A stretch of DNA of 64,000 bases from Lama glama (Eukaryota). The notes below the pieces were generated by a model. It was not told the origin of the DNA and made no database searches. It saw only the letters and a program-made list of their open reading frames with translations. Positions 50,150 to 63,420 of this stretch are shown here, in pieces. The stretch is taken from NCBI GenBank assembly GCA_028534125.1, contig CM052817.1, forward strand, positions 9,550,001-9,614,000, read 5' to 3'. Position 1 is the first letter of the stretch. Each line of letters starts with the position of its first letter. Both the position numbers and the translations under genes were made by a program.

Positions 50150-50900
50150 TTAGAGAGAAAGATAAATTAGCAGGACAGGGCTGCGTGGTGGTGAGAGCAA
50201 GGTCATCAGGGGAGGCCTCCCCGGGAAGGTGATGTTTGCACAGAGGCCTGGAGGAAATGAGGGATCCCTGAGGAAAGTGGCCTTAAAGCGCTTGGTGAAG
50301 GGCTTGGTGTGTTTAAGGAACAGCAAGGGGGCAGGAGAATGAGTAAGAGGAAGAAGAAGGAATAGGGTCAGAAGGGAGGAGGGGAACTGGACCAGCCTTG
50401 TGGGTCCTTCCACTCTCGATAGGAGTGAGATGAGAGCCAGGGGAAGGTTGAGCAGACGAGGGATCTGGGCAGACTCCAGGCTGAAGGCTGCTGGGCTAAG
50501 AGCTGACTCTGGAAGGAACAAGGACAGAAGCCCAGAGACCAGGCAGAGGGCACCAGCAGAAATACAGGTGGAGGCGGGGGACTCGGGCCAGGGTCATTGT
50601 GGATGGGATGGATAGGAGTGTGGGGATCTGGGGGTCTGGAAGGTAGAGCCAAAAGTCTGGTGCTGGATTGAGCCGGGACTGCGGAAGTAGGGAAGATGAC
50701 TCCAGGCTTTTCAACGTGAGCAACTGGGGAAATGGAGTGACCGTTTACAGAGAATAGAAAGATGGTGGAAAGAACAGGTTTGAGGGTAGACAGCAGGAAA
50801 GGACATGCAAGGTTTCAGATGCCTATTTGATATGCATTGGGGATGGATGGAGGGGTCTGGATGTCGGGGAAGAGGTGGAGGCTGGAGAGGTCTTTGCTGA
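50150..50900 (-). mobile_element. L2 fragment
   Basis: ttggtgtgtttaaggaacagcaagggggc...gatgactccaggctttt...gagcaactggg...tttcagatgcctatttgatatgca. Confidence 0.8.
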
Positions 50901-51119
50901 CCTTCTACCTGAAATGGCACTTCCCCACCCCATCACCTGCTCTGCCCTCCCCTCTGGTTCTATTTTCCTTCAGAGCACTCATACTCAGTTATCCAGCCCA
51001 CTCCAGGTAACTGCCCCCCCTGGACGGAAGTTCCCTGAGAACAGGACTTTGATCTCTCCATTCACTGCTGAACCCTAACCCCAGTGCCTAGAGCAATACT
51101 TGGTCCATGGCAGAGGCTC

Positions 51120-51294
51120 AATAAACAGGTTTCTTCTGTAGAGCACAGGGAACTATAGTCAATATCGGGTAGTAACCTACAGGGAAAAAGAATAGGAAAA
51201 GGAATACACGTATGTACATGGATGACTGAAACATGATGCTGTGCACCAGAAATTGACACAACATTGTACACTGACTATACTTCAATTTTAAAAA
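51120..51294 (+). mobile_element. Young L1 3' end fragment; no TSD found
   Basis: gagcacagggaactatagtcaatatc...tgctgtgcaccagaaattgacacaacattgtacactgactatacttcaatt; same family as 8240-8429. Confidence 0.88.
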
Positions 51295-53879
51295 GGGGTG
51301 GGGGTTGGAAGTTGTTGAGAACTCTGACCCACGCATAACAGCAAATGCTTCAGACACGGCTCGCCCACTCAGGTTGTGTAGCCTTGTGGCAGAATCAGTT
51401 GATGGGAGAGGCTACACTGAAGCTGGACCGGCCAAGTGATGGGAGCATCTTCCATAGTCCTCCCCACCTGCCCCATCTCGCTCCGGCTGGCTGTAAATAC
51501 ACAGGGTCGGGAACATGGTTCTCCCGTGACTTCAAGTAGGCTGGCTGCTTTTTAGAGAAAGGAATTTTCATCACCCAAGCCCATCTTCTCCTCTACCCCT
51601 TTTATTATTTTTTTTTCTCCAGCAAAATTGGAAACATAACTATTTCCTCTACTAACAACTCTTCAGCCCATCAATTAAGGCTTTATGTGTATGGTAATCA
51701 GCACAGCTTTTGATACACTTTAAGTAAATCAGATGACACCAATTCAACTGCCAAGCCATTAAGATTCTAAACATAATGCCCTCTGGGGCCTCTATTTTTT
51801 ATGAGAAAAATTCAAGCATACACAGAAGTAGATAAAATCTAGTGAACCTTGTGTGCCCATCAGCAGATTCAAGGATTAACAAGATTTTGCCTCATTTGTT
51901 TTTCTTTTTTCATCTTTGCCAGAATATTTTTTAATTGTAAAAACACACATAAAATTTTCCATCCTAATCATTTTAAATGCATAGTTCAATAGAGTTAACT
52001 CTCATCACATTGTTGTGCAATAGAGATCCAGAACTATTTCATCTTGTAAAACTGAAATGCTATCCCTTTTAAATGATAACTCCCCATTCCCCCGCCCCTC
52101 AGCCCCTGGCAACCACCGTTCTATTTTCTGTTTCTATGAATTTGACTACTTTAGATACCTCATGTAAGTTGAGTCATACAGAGTTTGTCTTTGTGACTGA
52201 CTAATTTCACTTCACATAATGTCTTCAAGGTTCATTCACACTGTAGCATGTGACAGGAATCCCTTTCTTTTTCAAGCTGAATAATATTCCATGTCTATAC
52301 CACATTTTGCTTATCCATTTACCCTTCCTGGACATTTGGGTTGCTTCTACCTCTTGACTATTGCTCATAATGCTGCTTTCAATATCAATGTGCAAGTAGC
52401 TTCAAGATTTCGCTTTTAACTCTTTTGGAGACATACCAAGAAGTGAGATGGATGGTTCCTGTGGTATTTCTGCTTTTACTTTCGGGGAACCATCATCCTG
52501 CTTTTCACAGTGGGTGCACCAACATTTTACATTCCCACCAGCGATGCACAAAGGCTCCAGTTTCTCCACATCCTTGTCAACACTTGTTATTTTCTGTTTG
52601 TTTGGGTTTGAGGTTTTCTCATTGTGGATTTGATTTGCATTTCCTTATAAGTAGTGATGCTGACCATCTTTTCATAGGCTTGTTGACCATTTGTATATCA
52701 TGTTTGGAAAAATGCCTGTCATTTGCCCAGTGTCTGGACAAATCATTTGTTTTTATTATTGCTGTGTTGTAGGAGTTCTTCAAATATTCTGGGTAATAAT
52801 CTTTTATCAGATATATGATTTGCAAATATTTTCTCCCATTCCAAAGTCTGTTTTTTCACTTTCTTGATTGTATCCTTTGATGCACAGAAGTTTTTAAGTT
52901 TGAGGTTGTCCCATTTGTCTGTTTTTGCTTTGGTTGCCTGTGCTTTTGGTGTCATAACCAAGAAGTCATTGCCAGATTCAATGTCATGAAGATTTCCTGT
53001 TTTCTTCCTGGAGTTTATAATTTTAGGCCTTACATTTATGTGTCTTTAATCCATTTTGAGTTTATTTGTGTAAGGTAAGAGCCAACTTCATTCTTTTGCA
53101 TGTGGATAGAGAGTTTCCCAGCACCATTTGTAGAACACACCACCTCTTTCCCATTGAGTGTTCCTGGCATCTTTCTGGAAGATTATTTGACCATATTCTC
53201 AAGGTTTTATTTCTGGTTTCTCTATTCTATCCTATTGGTCTGCATTTTATCTTTATGCCAGTACCACACTGTTTTAATTGCTGTAGCTTTGTATTGTGTT
53301 TTGAAATCAGGACATCTGAGATCTCCAAATTTGTTCTTCTTTTTCAGAATTGGTTTGGCTATTTTGGGGTCCATATCAATTTTAGAATGAATTTTTCTTT
53401 TTATGTAAAAATGCCATTGAGATTGTGATAGGGCTTGCATTAAATCTGTAGGTTGCCCTGGGTAGTATTGACATTTTAACAATAAAGTTTTCCAATCTAT
53501 GAACATGGGATGACTTTCCATTTATTGTGTCTTTCATTTGTTTCAGCAGTGTTTTGTAATTGGCAGTGTACTAGTTGTTTGCCTCTTTGGCTAAGTTTAT
53601 TCCCAAGTGGTTTATTCTTTTCATGCTGTTGTAAATGGAATTATTTTCTTAATTTCCTTTTTTTTTAGATTTTTCATTGTTAGTGTATAGAAACACAATT
53701 CATTTTTGCATATTAATTTTCTATCCTGCAACTTTGCTAAATTTGCTTCTTAGTTTCAACAGGGGTGTGTGTGTGTGTAATTTTTAGGGTTTTCTCCATA
53801 TAAGACCATGTCATCTGCGAACAGAGATAATTTTACTTCTTCCTTCTCAATCTGGATGCCTTTTGTAACTTTTTCTTCC

Positions 53880-54251
53880 CATCTTAGCCTGTTTGCCCTG
53901 TTAAGATACTATAGACAGGGCAGCATATAAATAGCAGGAAATTTATTTCTCACAGTTCTGGATCCTAAGTCCAAGATAAAGTTCAAAATAAAGGCACCAG
54001 CAGATTTGGTGTCTGGTAAGGAGGGCCTGCTTTGGGGTTCATAAGTGGCTGTCTTCCTGCTGTGTTTTCACACGGTAGAAGGGGCAGGGAGCTCTCTGGA
54101 GTCTTTTTCATAAGGGCACTAATCCCATTCATGATAGTTCCACCTCGTGACCTAATCACCTCCCAAAGGCCTCATCTCCAAATACCATCACACTGGGGCT
54201 CACATTTCAACATATGGATTTTGGGAGGACACAGACATTCGGACCACAGCA
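53880..54251 (-). mobile_element. MLT1A-like LTR nested in L1
   Basis: gaaatttatttctcacagttctgg...ataagggcactaatcccattcatga...cctaatcacctcccaaaggc. Confidence 0.88.
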
Positions 54252-54556
54252 CTGGCCTACTTGCTCTGGCTTGGACGTCCAGTGCTCTGTTGGATAGAAG
54301 TCGTAAGGAGGGCATCCTTGCCTTGTTCCTGATCTCAGAGGAGACACTTTTAGTTTTTCACCCCTGAGGATCATGTTAGCTTTGGGCTTTTCATGTATGG
54401 CCTTTACTATGTTGAGGTAATTTTCTTCTATTCCTAGTTTGCTGAATGTTTGTATCATAAGAAGATGTTGAATTTTGTCAAGTGCTTTTCTGTATCAATT
54501 GAGATGATCATGTGGTTTTTGTCCTTTGTTCTGTTACTGAGGTGTATTATATTGAT

Positions 54557-54641
54557 GGGGTTTTTTACAGAGGTGCTGGGGATTGAACCCAGGACCTTGT
54601 GCGTGCTGATCATTTGCTCTACCACTGAGCTATACACCCCC
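54557..54641 (-). mobile_element. Camelid-type tRNA-derived SINE nested in L1
   Basis: ctggggattgaacccaggacc...ctctaccactgagctatac. Confidence 0.9.
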
Positions 54642-55189
54642 TTGATTGATTTGCGTATATTGAACCATCCTGACACACTCCACCCCCACAACCTGGGCTG
54701 GGACTGATACTCTGTTATAAATGTTTCATGAGGCTGTCTCTCATGACCAATTTATAAGCACGATTTAGCTACATTTTTCTTGGCAAAACCTCAGATGCAG
54801 TGGTTTCCCTGGCCCAAACAAGAAAGTTTATGCTAAGAAAGCTCGTATGTTTTGATTGTATTTTTCTTTTCTAAGCACTTCCTTGTTTACCTGAGGCATC
54901 CTCCTCTCCCCCAGAAGGAGAGAGAGAGAGAGAGAAGAAAGAAAAAAAAAGAGGGAAGGAAGAAAGGAAGGAAGGAAGAAGGGGTGAGTGGACAGACAAA
55001 CAGATGATGCATCTGACAGCCTTGAATTCTGAGAGCTTAATACCATTGTTTCGAGCCAGGCATCAAGCCTTCTGATAAGATTTCCATCAAGACTCCTCAT
55101 TCTCTTTTCTTACTCACACTCCATTCTGTTGCCCGAGATATTAAGAGAAATAAACAACATTTCAAGTCAGCAAACACTCCATGAGACCC

Positions 55190-55650
55190 GTAGGAACTGG
55201 AATCAGACTCACTACTGCTTGTTAGGATTTTTGGTCATGGGACCTTGAGCAATCGCCCGACCTCCTGAAGCCGCAGGAGTCTCATTTATAAAACGGGGAT
55301 CATAAAAGCCTTGGCTTCATGCAGCTATTATGACAATGAAATCAGATGACATACAGAAAGCGCCCCACAGAGGGTCTGGCACATACACGGTAGCTTCCTC
55401 CAGCTGGAAGAAGAACTTGATGCTAAATATCCAACAAAAACAATTACCTCTTTTGAGTGTTCGACATGGCAGGAGAGTAAGCACTTTACGGGCATTACGT
55501 TACTTCATTCTCGGAACGGTCCTATAATCAGGCCTTGTTTCACAGATTAGGAAACTAAGGTTCGGAGAGGACCAACAGCTAGAGGCGCTGGAGCCAGACT
55601 CCAGTCTGTGGACCTTCGGAACCTGTGTTCTTAATCGCTGCATTACAGCG
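55190..55650. mobile_element. Two MIRs in opposite orientation (about 55190-55400 +, 55430-55650 -)
   Basis: gaccttgagcaa...tctcatttataaaacgggga and tttcacagattaggaaactaaggttcggagagg. Confidence 0.7.
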
Positions 55651-57312
55651 TCACTCTACACCCATGAATCTTAACTCTGACCAGTAGGCAAAGCTAGTGG
55701 TTGACGGTTGCCCACTGAAGCTCCGATGGCAGTGTACAGCCAGCCCTGTCATCCATGGCTCCCAGGACCCCCCAGAGGACAGGGGACATAGTGCCAGCTT
55801 GGAGTCTTTGCAGAATTGTCAGCCTGGCTGTGCCTCATTTTTACCCCGAAAGAGTATAAATCACCCACGTCACTCTCCCTGCATAGACTAACCCCTTCTC
55901 CTTTGGGAGTTTTTGTTTGTTTTATCCTAGCTTGTTACCTTTCAAAAATCAGTATCCACATCACCTCTGGGAAGTTCCCCCTGTGCCCAGTGTGGGCTGA
56001 GTAGACCTTCTTAAAGCTTCATGGACCCGGTGCCCATAGGCGTGTCTGGAGTCATCCGTTTGCTGGTACACAGCCCTCTCTCTCCGCTGGGCGAGAAATC
56101 CCTGAGGGTGGGGACTAATGTTCAGCTCTGCTTCGCACAGCGCTGGCACACAGAGCGCTCAGCAATGCGTCCTCGGGGCACAGATGTCTGAAGCCTGCCT
56201 CTCTGCTTTTTACTCAAGGCCATGCTCTGGTTTGGGGACACTCACTTACCACGCCCACTACCGTGCCCACCGCCTATTTCCAACCAAGTCTGCTCACCCA
56301 GACCCAAATCTCTGACTCTCTCTGGCCTGTCCCTCAGGGCCACCACCCCAGTGACTCCCCTCGGGCCCATGAGCCTCTCTGCACTGTAGCTTTCTTGCAG
56401 GGCTCCGAGTGTTATCAAAGCCAGACTGGATTCAGATACTCAGATAGCAGCTTCCCTTGATCAGACGGGCTCCCGCACACGCACATGCCCAGAGGTGCCA
56501 CCTCCCTGATTAACAGCAGCATAAAACCATGTGGTAAAAACTTTGGCTTCTAATTGGCTATTCAAACCTATGCATAGTCATGGAATTCCAGATAAAGAAA
56601 GGATTTCACTGAACAGGCACTAGTCCCAAATCAAATAAACATCCAGAAAAAGCGCGCATACACGTCCCCCGTGATTCCAACTCACACCATCTCTTAAGGG
56701 AGTGACTATCAAATGTTAAGTCATTTCTTAGGAACATAAATTTCTTCATTACTGACATCTGTTTTCCATTCATTCGTGTTAGTGTCTCTGATTAAAGCAT
56801 CATTTCAGAGCCAATTTCTCAGTATTGGTTGAACATAAAGTTCAGAACCCAGTGAAATTTGGTGCAAATGAAAGGAAATAGAGTATTTATTTTAGGCTTA
56901 CTTTTTAAAAGTCACCAAGACCTGGAAAGCCTGACCCAGGAAACAAATGTTATAAAGATCAATATGGGACAAAGAGGAGAACTTCCCAAGGGAGCTGGTC
57001 TTGGGAGTTACTTTGGAGCTCAGCAGCTGGGGAAGAAAAAACATTCTAGTCAGAGGAGGCACCCGGGAATGTAGGAAATGTCCAAAGTTGGCCAGCGTAG
57101 GAGTCTACCACCTCGCGCAGTACTGGGGGCACTAATTTACAGTGCTGAGTTAAATATTTAAGTAGAAATGAATCATATGTTGTATTTGATCAAGTTTTGG
57201 TTTTGTTTGGTTTTTTTGTTGTTTGCTTGTTTTGGATATGATATTTGACATCTTGAGGGGGAAAAAAAGCAAATTAAAAAAAACCTTTCTGGTTGGAGAA
57301 ACACTAGGCAAT

Positions 57313-57768
57313 TGTTAGAGATAGCAAAGGACTCAGCCTGGAGCACAACCGTGATATGGAAACTACCCAGCCCAGAGCCCTGCCTCCTCGCTCTGGCCAG
57401 TACAACCCAGGAAGCAGTATTCCTCTGCCTGAACCACCCTAGGGCGGGGTACCAGGCAACTGGAGACCATCCTTACAGCTCAGAGCCCCCCAGAACTACT
57501 CGAATCAGCCAGTCCTATGCTGCTTACCCTGCCCTGCCTTGCCTTTCCCGCAATAATCCCAAGAAAGGCTCTGACCTGGCTCTAAGCTCTCACCCCTCCT
57601 GTCTTCTGCCTCCAGACCACCTCTGCATCTTACCCTGGCATGCCCCGCCTCCTGGCTCTAGGACCTGGGAGTTTACAATGAACTTTGCTTCCTGAGCCTG
57701 TCCTCTGTCACCTCTTGTGGCATCACCTGACTGCCCATCTCATAAGAGAATACAAAGAATACAAAACA
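57313..57768 (+). mobile_element. ERVL solo LTR (MER74/MER54-like)
   Basis: TG...CA termini (tgttagaga ... aatacaaaaca); cctgccttgcctttccc motif. Confidence 0.65.
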
Positions 57769-57809
57769 GACCCATTATTATTATTAGTTACAAAGAAAGA
57801 CATTTTCCA

Positions 57810-60010
57810 AAACACTCCTTTATAGCAAAATTCCTCCAGAGTCATCTGTCCCCATTCTGTCTCCAGGCTGGAACCTGATCCCACTCCCTCTCAAAAGTGT
57901 CCTCGTTGAGGTCCGCATGCTAAGTTCAGTGGTCAGTTCTTCATCTGCCCTGCTTGATGGTCAGCAGCATCCCCAGGAGCTCACCCTCCCTCCTCCTCTG
58001 CACTGCGCTCCCCGGACACCACTCCCCCGGCTCCTTCTGCCTCACTGGCTGGACCTCTCGGTCTCCTTGCTGGTTCCTACACCCCCAACCTCTAAATGTT
58101 GGAGTGCCCTGAGCTCAGGGCTTGGCCCCCTCTTCTTTATCAACATCCATTCTTTTGGTCACCTCAGGACTTGTAAATTCTATCATATAGGTATTGTATG
58201 TGTAACTGACCAGTCCCAAATTTTTATCTCCATCCTGGGCCTCTTTCAGACCAGCTGTGCACCTGCCTACTCAACACCCACTTTTACATGTTTAATAGGA
58301 TGATTCACACATTTAATAGACTTACTGAAGTATAATCTGCATATCAGAAAATTCACCCACGTGAGGATACAATTCAACGATTTTTAGTGCATTTGCAGAC
58401 TTGTGCAAACATCACCACAATCCAGTTTTAGAGTGTTTTCATCACCCCAAAAAGTCCCTTTATGCCTATTTGCAGGTAATTCCCCCTTTCACCCCCAGCC
58501 CTGGACAAACACTGTTTTATTTTCCTAAAAATGCGGCTTTTCTAGACATTTCATGTAAATAGAATACACAATATGTAGTGTTTTGCATCTGACTTCTTAG
58601 CATAATGGTTTTTGAGATTCGTACATGTTGTAGTGTATATCCACATTTTGTTCCTTTTTATTGCTGAATTGCATTTCATCGCCTGGATATACCACATTTC
58701 ATTTATTCATTCGTCTGTTGATGGATATTTGGATTCTTTCCAGGTTGAAGCTGTTATAAATAATGCTACTATGAACTGGGTCATATGATAAATTTATATT
58801 TAACGCTATAAGAAGCCGCTAATCTATTTTCCAAAGTGGCTGTATCATTTTACTTTTCTACCGACAGTTTGTGAGAGGTTCAGTTTCTCCACTTCCTGCC
58901 CAACAATGTATATAATCTGTCTTTAATTTTAGTCTTAATAGTGTGTGTATAGTGGTATTTCATTGTGCCTTTAACTTGTATTTCCCTAGTGATTAATGAT
59001 ACAGAATATTTATCACATGCTTATTAGTAACTGATACATCTTCTTAGTAAAATGTCTATTTAAGATTTTACACATTATTAATTGGATTCTTCGTCTTGCT
59101 GTGGAGTTGTAATAGTTCTGTACATATTCTGGGTACAAGTACTTTATCAGATATATAACTTGCAAATATTTTTTCCAAGTACATGTCTAATCTTCATTTT
59201 CTTAATGGTATCTTTTGAAGTACAGACGTTTTTAATTTTGATGAAGTCAAATTTATCACTTCTCTTCTATTATGGATTGTACTTTGGGGATTGTATCTAA
59301 AATTTTTTTGTCCCACCCAAAGTCCCTGAAAATTTTCTTCTATATTGTCTGGAAGTTTTGTGTTTTTAGTTCTTACATTTGGTTAGGTCCATGGTCGAGT
59401 TGGAGACCATTCAAATCTTACTCAACTGAAACGGAGCTTCTGATCACTTTCTTCCAACCCCAGCCTGTTTCTCCTACAAAAACGTTCCAATTTCAGAGGC
59501 TTTACATATGGCTTCCCCTCTGGGAAGTTCGTGAAGCTTGTTAAACAACGTCATGAGGGTGGGGAAGTCCTGCTCTTCCCCATCTCACTAAAGAGACATT
59601 TCATTTTTCCCTATTGCTTGGGTCAAAAACTTCTAGTCACCATAACTCGTATCCTTCTACTTGCCCACACCCAGTCTGTCCACGAGTCCTGTCTGCTGTA
59701 CTTTCAGATCTAAAACATGACCATTTCTCAGCATCCCCATTGCTGCCATCCTGACCCAAACCATGTTCAACTCTCACCAGAAGTGTTGTAATAAAATAAA
59801 GTGTTGCAACAGCCCCTTATCTGATGCCCCTGCTTCTAGTCTCACCCTCATGCTCACCCCAGCACCCAGAGCGGTCTTGGAAAAGTAAAGTCACGGGACT
59901 CCTCTGTTCAAATCCTCTGAGGGCTCTCAACTGACTCAGAGTTAAAGCCAAATTCTGTAGAATGACCTACGCAGTGTGTCTCTCCCTTATCTCTATGACC
60001 TGATATCTTA
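57810..60010 (+). mobile_element. L2 split by an antisense L1 (about 58310-59400)
   Basis: acctctaaatgttggagtgccc...tcccaaatttttatctcca before the L1, and ctcaactgaaacggagcttctgat...ctcagagttaaagccaaa after it; L1 3' UTR motifs between. Confidence 0.8.
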
Positions 60011-60044
60011 GTATTCATCTCCTACCCCTCTTGGCTCCCTGTTC

Positions 60045-60260
60045 CGCATATGCCCTGTATACACCCTGTATACTTTAAATCATCTCTTGCTTGCTTATAA
60101 TACCTAATACAATGTTAGTGCTGCATAAATAATAATTGCTGGTTTACAGCAAATTTCAGTCTTGCTTCGTGGAACTTTCTGGAATTTTTTCAGAATATTT
60201 TCTATCTGTGGTTGGCAGAATCTTCAGATACAGAACTCCTGGCATGAGGGCCAACCATAC
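60045..60260 (+). mobile_element. MER2B-like 3' part
   Basis: tatactttaaatcatctct...cttataatacctaatacaatg...gagggccaac. Confidence 0.75.
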
Positions 60261-62499
60261 TGCACTTCTAGTTTTACAGCAAGTCCTTGGAAAGTCCTTG
60301 TATCCCCCAAAGTATACAAAGAGCTCTGGTCTGGACAGTGTGATTCACAGAACAATGGCCTATCAAGAAGTGTGGGAATTTCTGCAAAAGTACAGAGAAG
60401 AGAGGAGCACGTCCAGATGGTGCCGTAAAGACCTTAGAAACCCACGTCTCCATAGACAGCACGTCACATCGACTCAGGGACGGTGGACGAGAAGATCGGA
60501 AGATTATTTCAAAATGCAAGACCTTTTTTATTAGAAGGTGGTGGTGTGTTCTGAGGGGTCAGGTATCATAGAAGTGGTTTAAAGAAAAATGGAACCTGTC
60601 CGCTGTTTTATTTAGTCTGTAAGGAGAGAGAAATGGACTCAAGCACGTATGGGAGGCAGCACGGGCAAGATCTGGAAGCCACTTGCAAACATGCGGCTGA
60701 TGAGGCTTTGGGACTCATGGGTTCACTGAGAACCTGTGAGCATGTCCCTGCTGCCTCTGACGGAAAAGCATCACTTTGCCAAGGAAATCCATATTTCATA
60801 CTAACGGACGTTAGGTACATATTTGTAATGGCATGTCTTAAAATTCTCTCTTTATCCATAAGTTCTTGCATGCCCTCGGATCAAATCTTTAATAATTTAA
60901 AAAGTTATTTTCATTGCACTCTTTGCATTGCACGTGGCGGAAACTTTATTCGTGCCAGGTTTTCTCAGCTGTGTCACAGAGCTTCTTTAGTAAATGTGAA
61001 ATCACGCCCTCTTTCAAGTTTGGCAAATCACTTCTTATCCCCAGGGCAGGAAAAATAGAGACAGTTTGGGACCACAAAGCTGATTAGTAATGTAGCGGAG
61101 AAACTGACAGTAAGGAGAAAAAATGCCTTATGAGGGATGTCTTAGTATTTCTAGCTGTTTGAAGAAACTCTTTTGGCCACAGTCTACCAACATAAAAATG
61201 AGAAGTCCCTATCAGTTATTACATCAGAGGGAGTGAATTAGTATATTTGGTTTTCCATGGATATCAAGGTAGTAGTATTACCATGAAAAAAATTGTTGTC
61301 ATCATCAGATTTCACTCAAATGAGGATTACGTTTATTGTATTTGAAATTCCTCTTTAAGTATAATATCCCTCCCACCCTCGTGGTTCCTTCATGTGTTTT
61401 CCTTCACTCATTTAGTGCCACAAGGCACCAGATGCAAAAGTCACCAACAGTGTCCTTGCCCTCAAGCTGGCCACATTCTAGCTGAGAAGATAACGTGTCA
61501 CCACCTAGTGGTACAGATCGGATCTGGAAATCTTTGTATCCTCCCAATGCCTTCCACTAACAAGAGGGTTTTGAAAAACTCAGGCAGAACTACTTTTTAT
61601 CATTTCAAAAATTTTCAAGGCCTTTAAAGCTAATACTACAGAAGCCACTTCAAGTTTCTTTATTCAGAAAAGAAGGTGTTTAAATAAAATATCCTGCCTC
61701 TCTTCTAAACAATAAGTCATAAAATTATTCTAATGAACTCCATGTAGGTAGTAGCTACTTTAAGTCAACTTGAAAAACTAGATCTCTTTAAAATATATAT
61801 ATAAGAAAGAGGAGTAAATTAACAAGTGGTTTTTTTCATGTTCAGAGACACTGCCTGTTCACTTAAAAAGGCTTCTCTTTAGGGGCAGAAGCACGGAGGA
61901 TGGTCACCCAGAGAACAAGATGGGAAAGCCCCAGGGGCCTAGGCTAGAAGCCCTTCTTTCTTCGCCCAGGTGGTCCACACACTGTCACCTGTGCCTGCCC
62001 TGCGGGGCGGGGGACCATGGAACCTGGGGGAGGGGACAGGTATTAGTCGAATAACCACACAAATATGTAAATTTAAAATGCGACAGGACAAGTCTCGGGC
62101 CTCTGACGTGGGGCTGTGATCCACCATGCGTGCGCACGTGATCTTTGAAATGGAAAATAATGACTTGAATTTTCCTTAACGAGTTGGAAAAGGGATGCCG
62201 AAGGCCACGTCACGGAGCTGATGGAGATTCTCCTACAGAACTCGGACCTCAGCCCACACACGCAGGGCTGCAGTCGTCACTGAGATCACTTCGTGCCTTC
62301 ACACAGGCACTGACGACGTGGGACGGCTGGCGCCGATCAAGGAGCATTTTACATCTCTGTGTCACACGAAAGGAGGAAAGCGCAGCCCAAGCCCCGAGTG
62401 GCCAGGCTGCAGAGACAGGTCCCCCAACCAACCGTGACCACCATCTTTTGCATAAGAAGACGTGAGGGTGACTAACGGCGGCCTCTGCCTGTCACCTCT

Positions 62500-63420
62500 T
62501 CACTTCCTCCTCTCGGCCGCTTGTCCCTCTACTGCTAATAACACACCTTGTTTTCTCTTTTTTCATTTTTCAGCCTTCCTCCCTTAACAGTGCCGATGGC
62601 CAGTGTCAGAAGCCTCCTCTCCCTGCCCTCCCTCCCTCGGGGACGGCTCTCTCAGCACGTCAGCATCACCACGGTAGAAATGCTTCCTGAGTCTTTCTCT
62701 CCGGGCCGGGACCCCTTCCCACGGCTCGGTGTGCAGGACCAGCACACATTCCCGTGTCCTCCCAGCACCCCAGACTCACCCCACCTCCAGACTAAGTCAC
62801 TCCAGTGCCTCCCCGTCTTGGCTTCTTTCCTCTTTTCTCTTTCTCCCTCAGGAGCGCCAAGCCTCTACTCACCTCAGTCAAGACCTCAGACACTTTCACC
62901 TTCTCTTTCTCGAAACCAGGGGTCCTCCAACTTAAGTGTGTCTTTAAATCACTTAGATGGCAGCTCCACCTCCAGATTCAGATTCAGGGGGTCTGGGGCA
63001 GGGCCAAGAACTGGCACATCCACCAAGTGCCCAGGAGATGCTGCTGCCGTGAGAACTAGTGGCCCACCTCTCAGGGAACGATCGGACTGTCCTTGTGGCC
63101 TCTTCGCCATGGCTCCCACTAACTCTCTCCTCTTACCATCTCACCAGGGCATCCCAGCTGGGGTCCCTGGTGCCTGCGTCCCAACTGCCCTGTACCTGCA
63201 GCCCCAGGTGCAGCTGCCGACATTCACCTCCTCCTCTCTCCACATCCTTCGAGACGTTCCCCCCTGCGTGGAGAATATATTCCAGACTGATGTCAGCGGC
63301 TCCCCATAACTTGACCTCAAACCCTTTCTGCAATTTCATCTTCTACTTTGTCCCAGTAGAGCCCTCCTGCTCCAGGCATGGTAACATTCTGTTCCCCAAA
63401 CGCTTTGCTTTGGTTCCATC
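62500..63420 (+). mobile_element. Highly decayed L2 with nested MER5A-like element (about 62915-63080)
   Basis: L2-like gcaccccagactcacc...ccagactaagtca; MER5A-like aatcac...gattcagggggtctggggcagggccaagaactggca...aagtgcccaggagatgctgctgc. Confidence 0.55.

Larger units (their letters stand above)
51790..54672 (-). mobile_element. L1MB-like element, antisense, with nested MLT1A and SINE
   Basis: Minus-strand ORFs with ORF2 motifs ([57 protein letters not shown]). Confidence 0.92.

Noticed and set aside
62548..63309. 253-aa ORF, the longest in the window; its SLPP resembles the start of the next CC2D2A exon
   Set aside because: TTG start, Ser/Pro/Leu-biased, runs through L2 and MER5A-like relics, and lacks the expected IPSTSRTGFAEFSM continuation.
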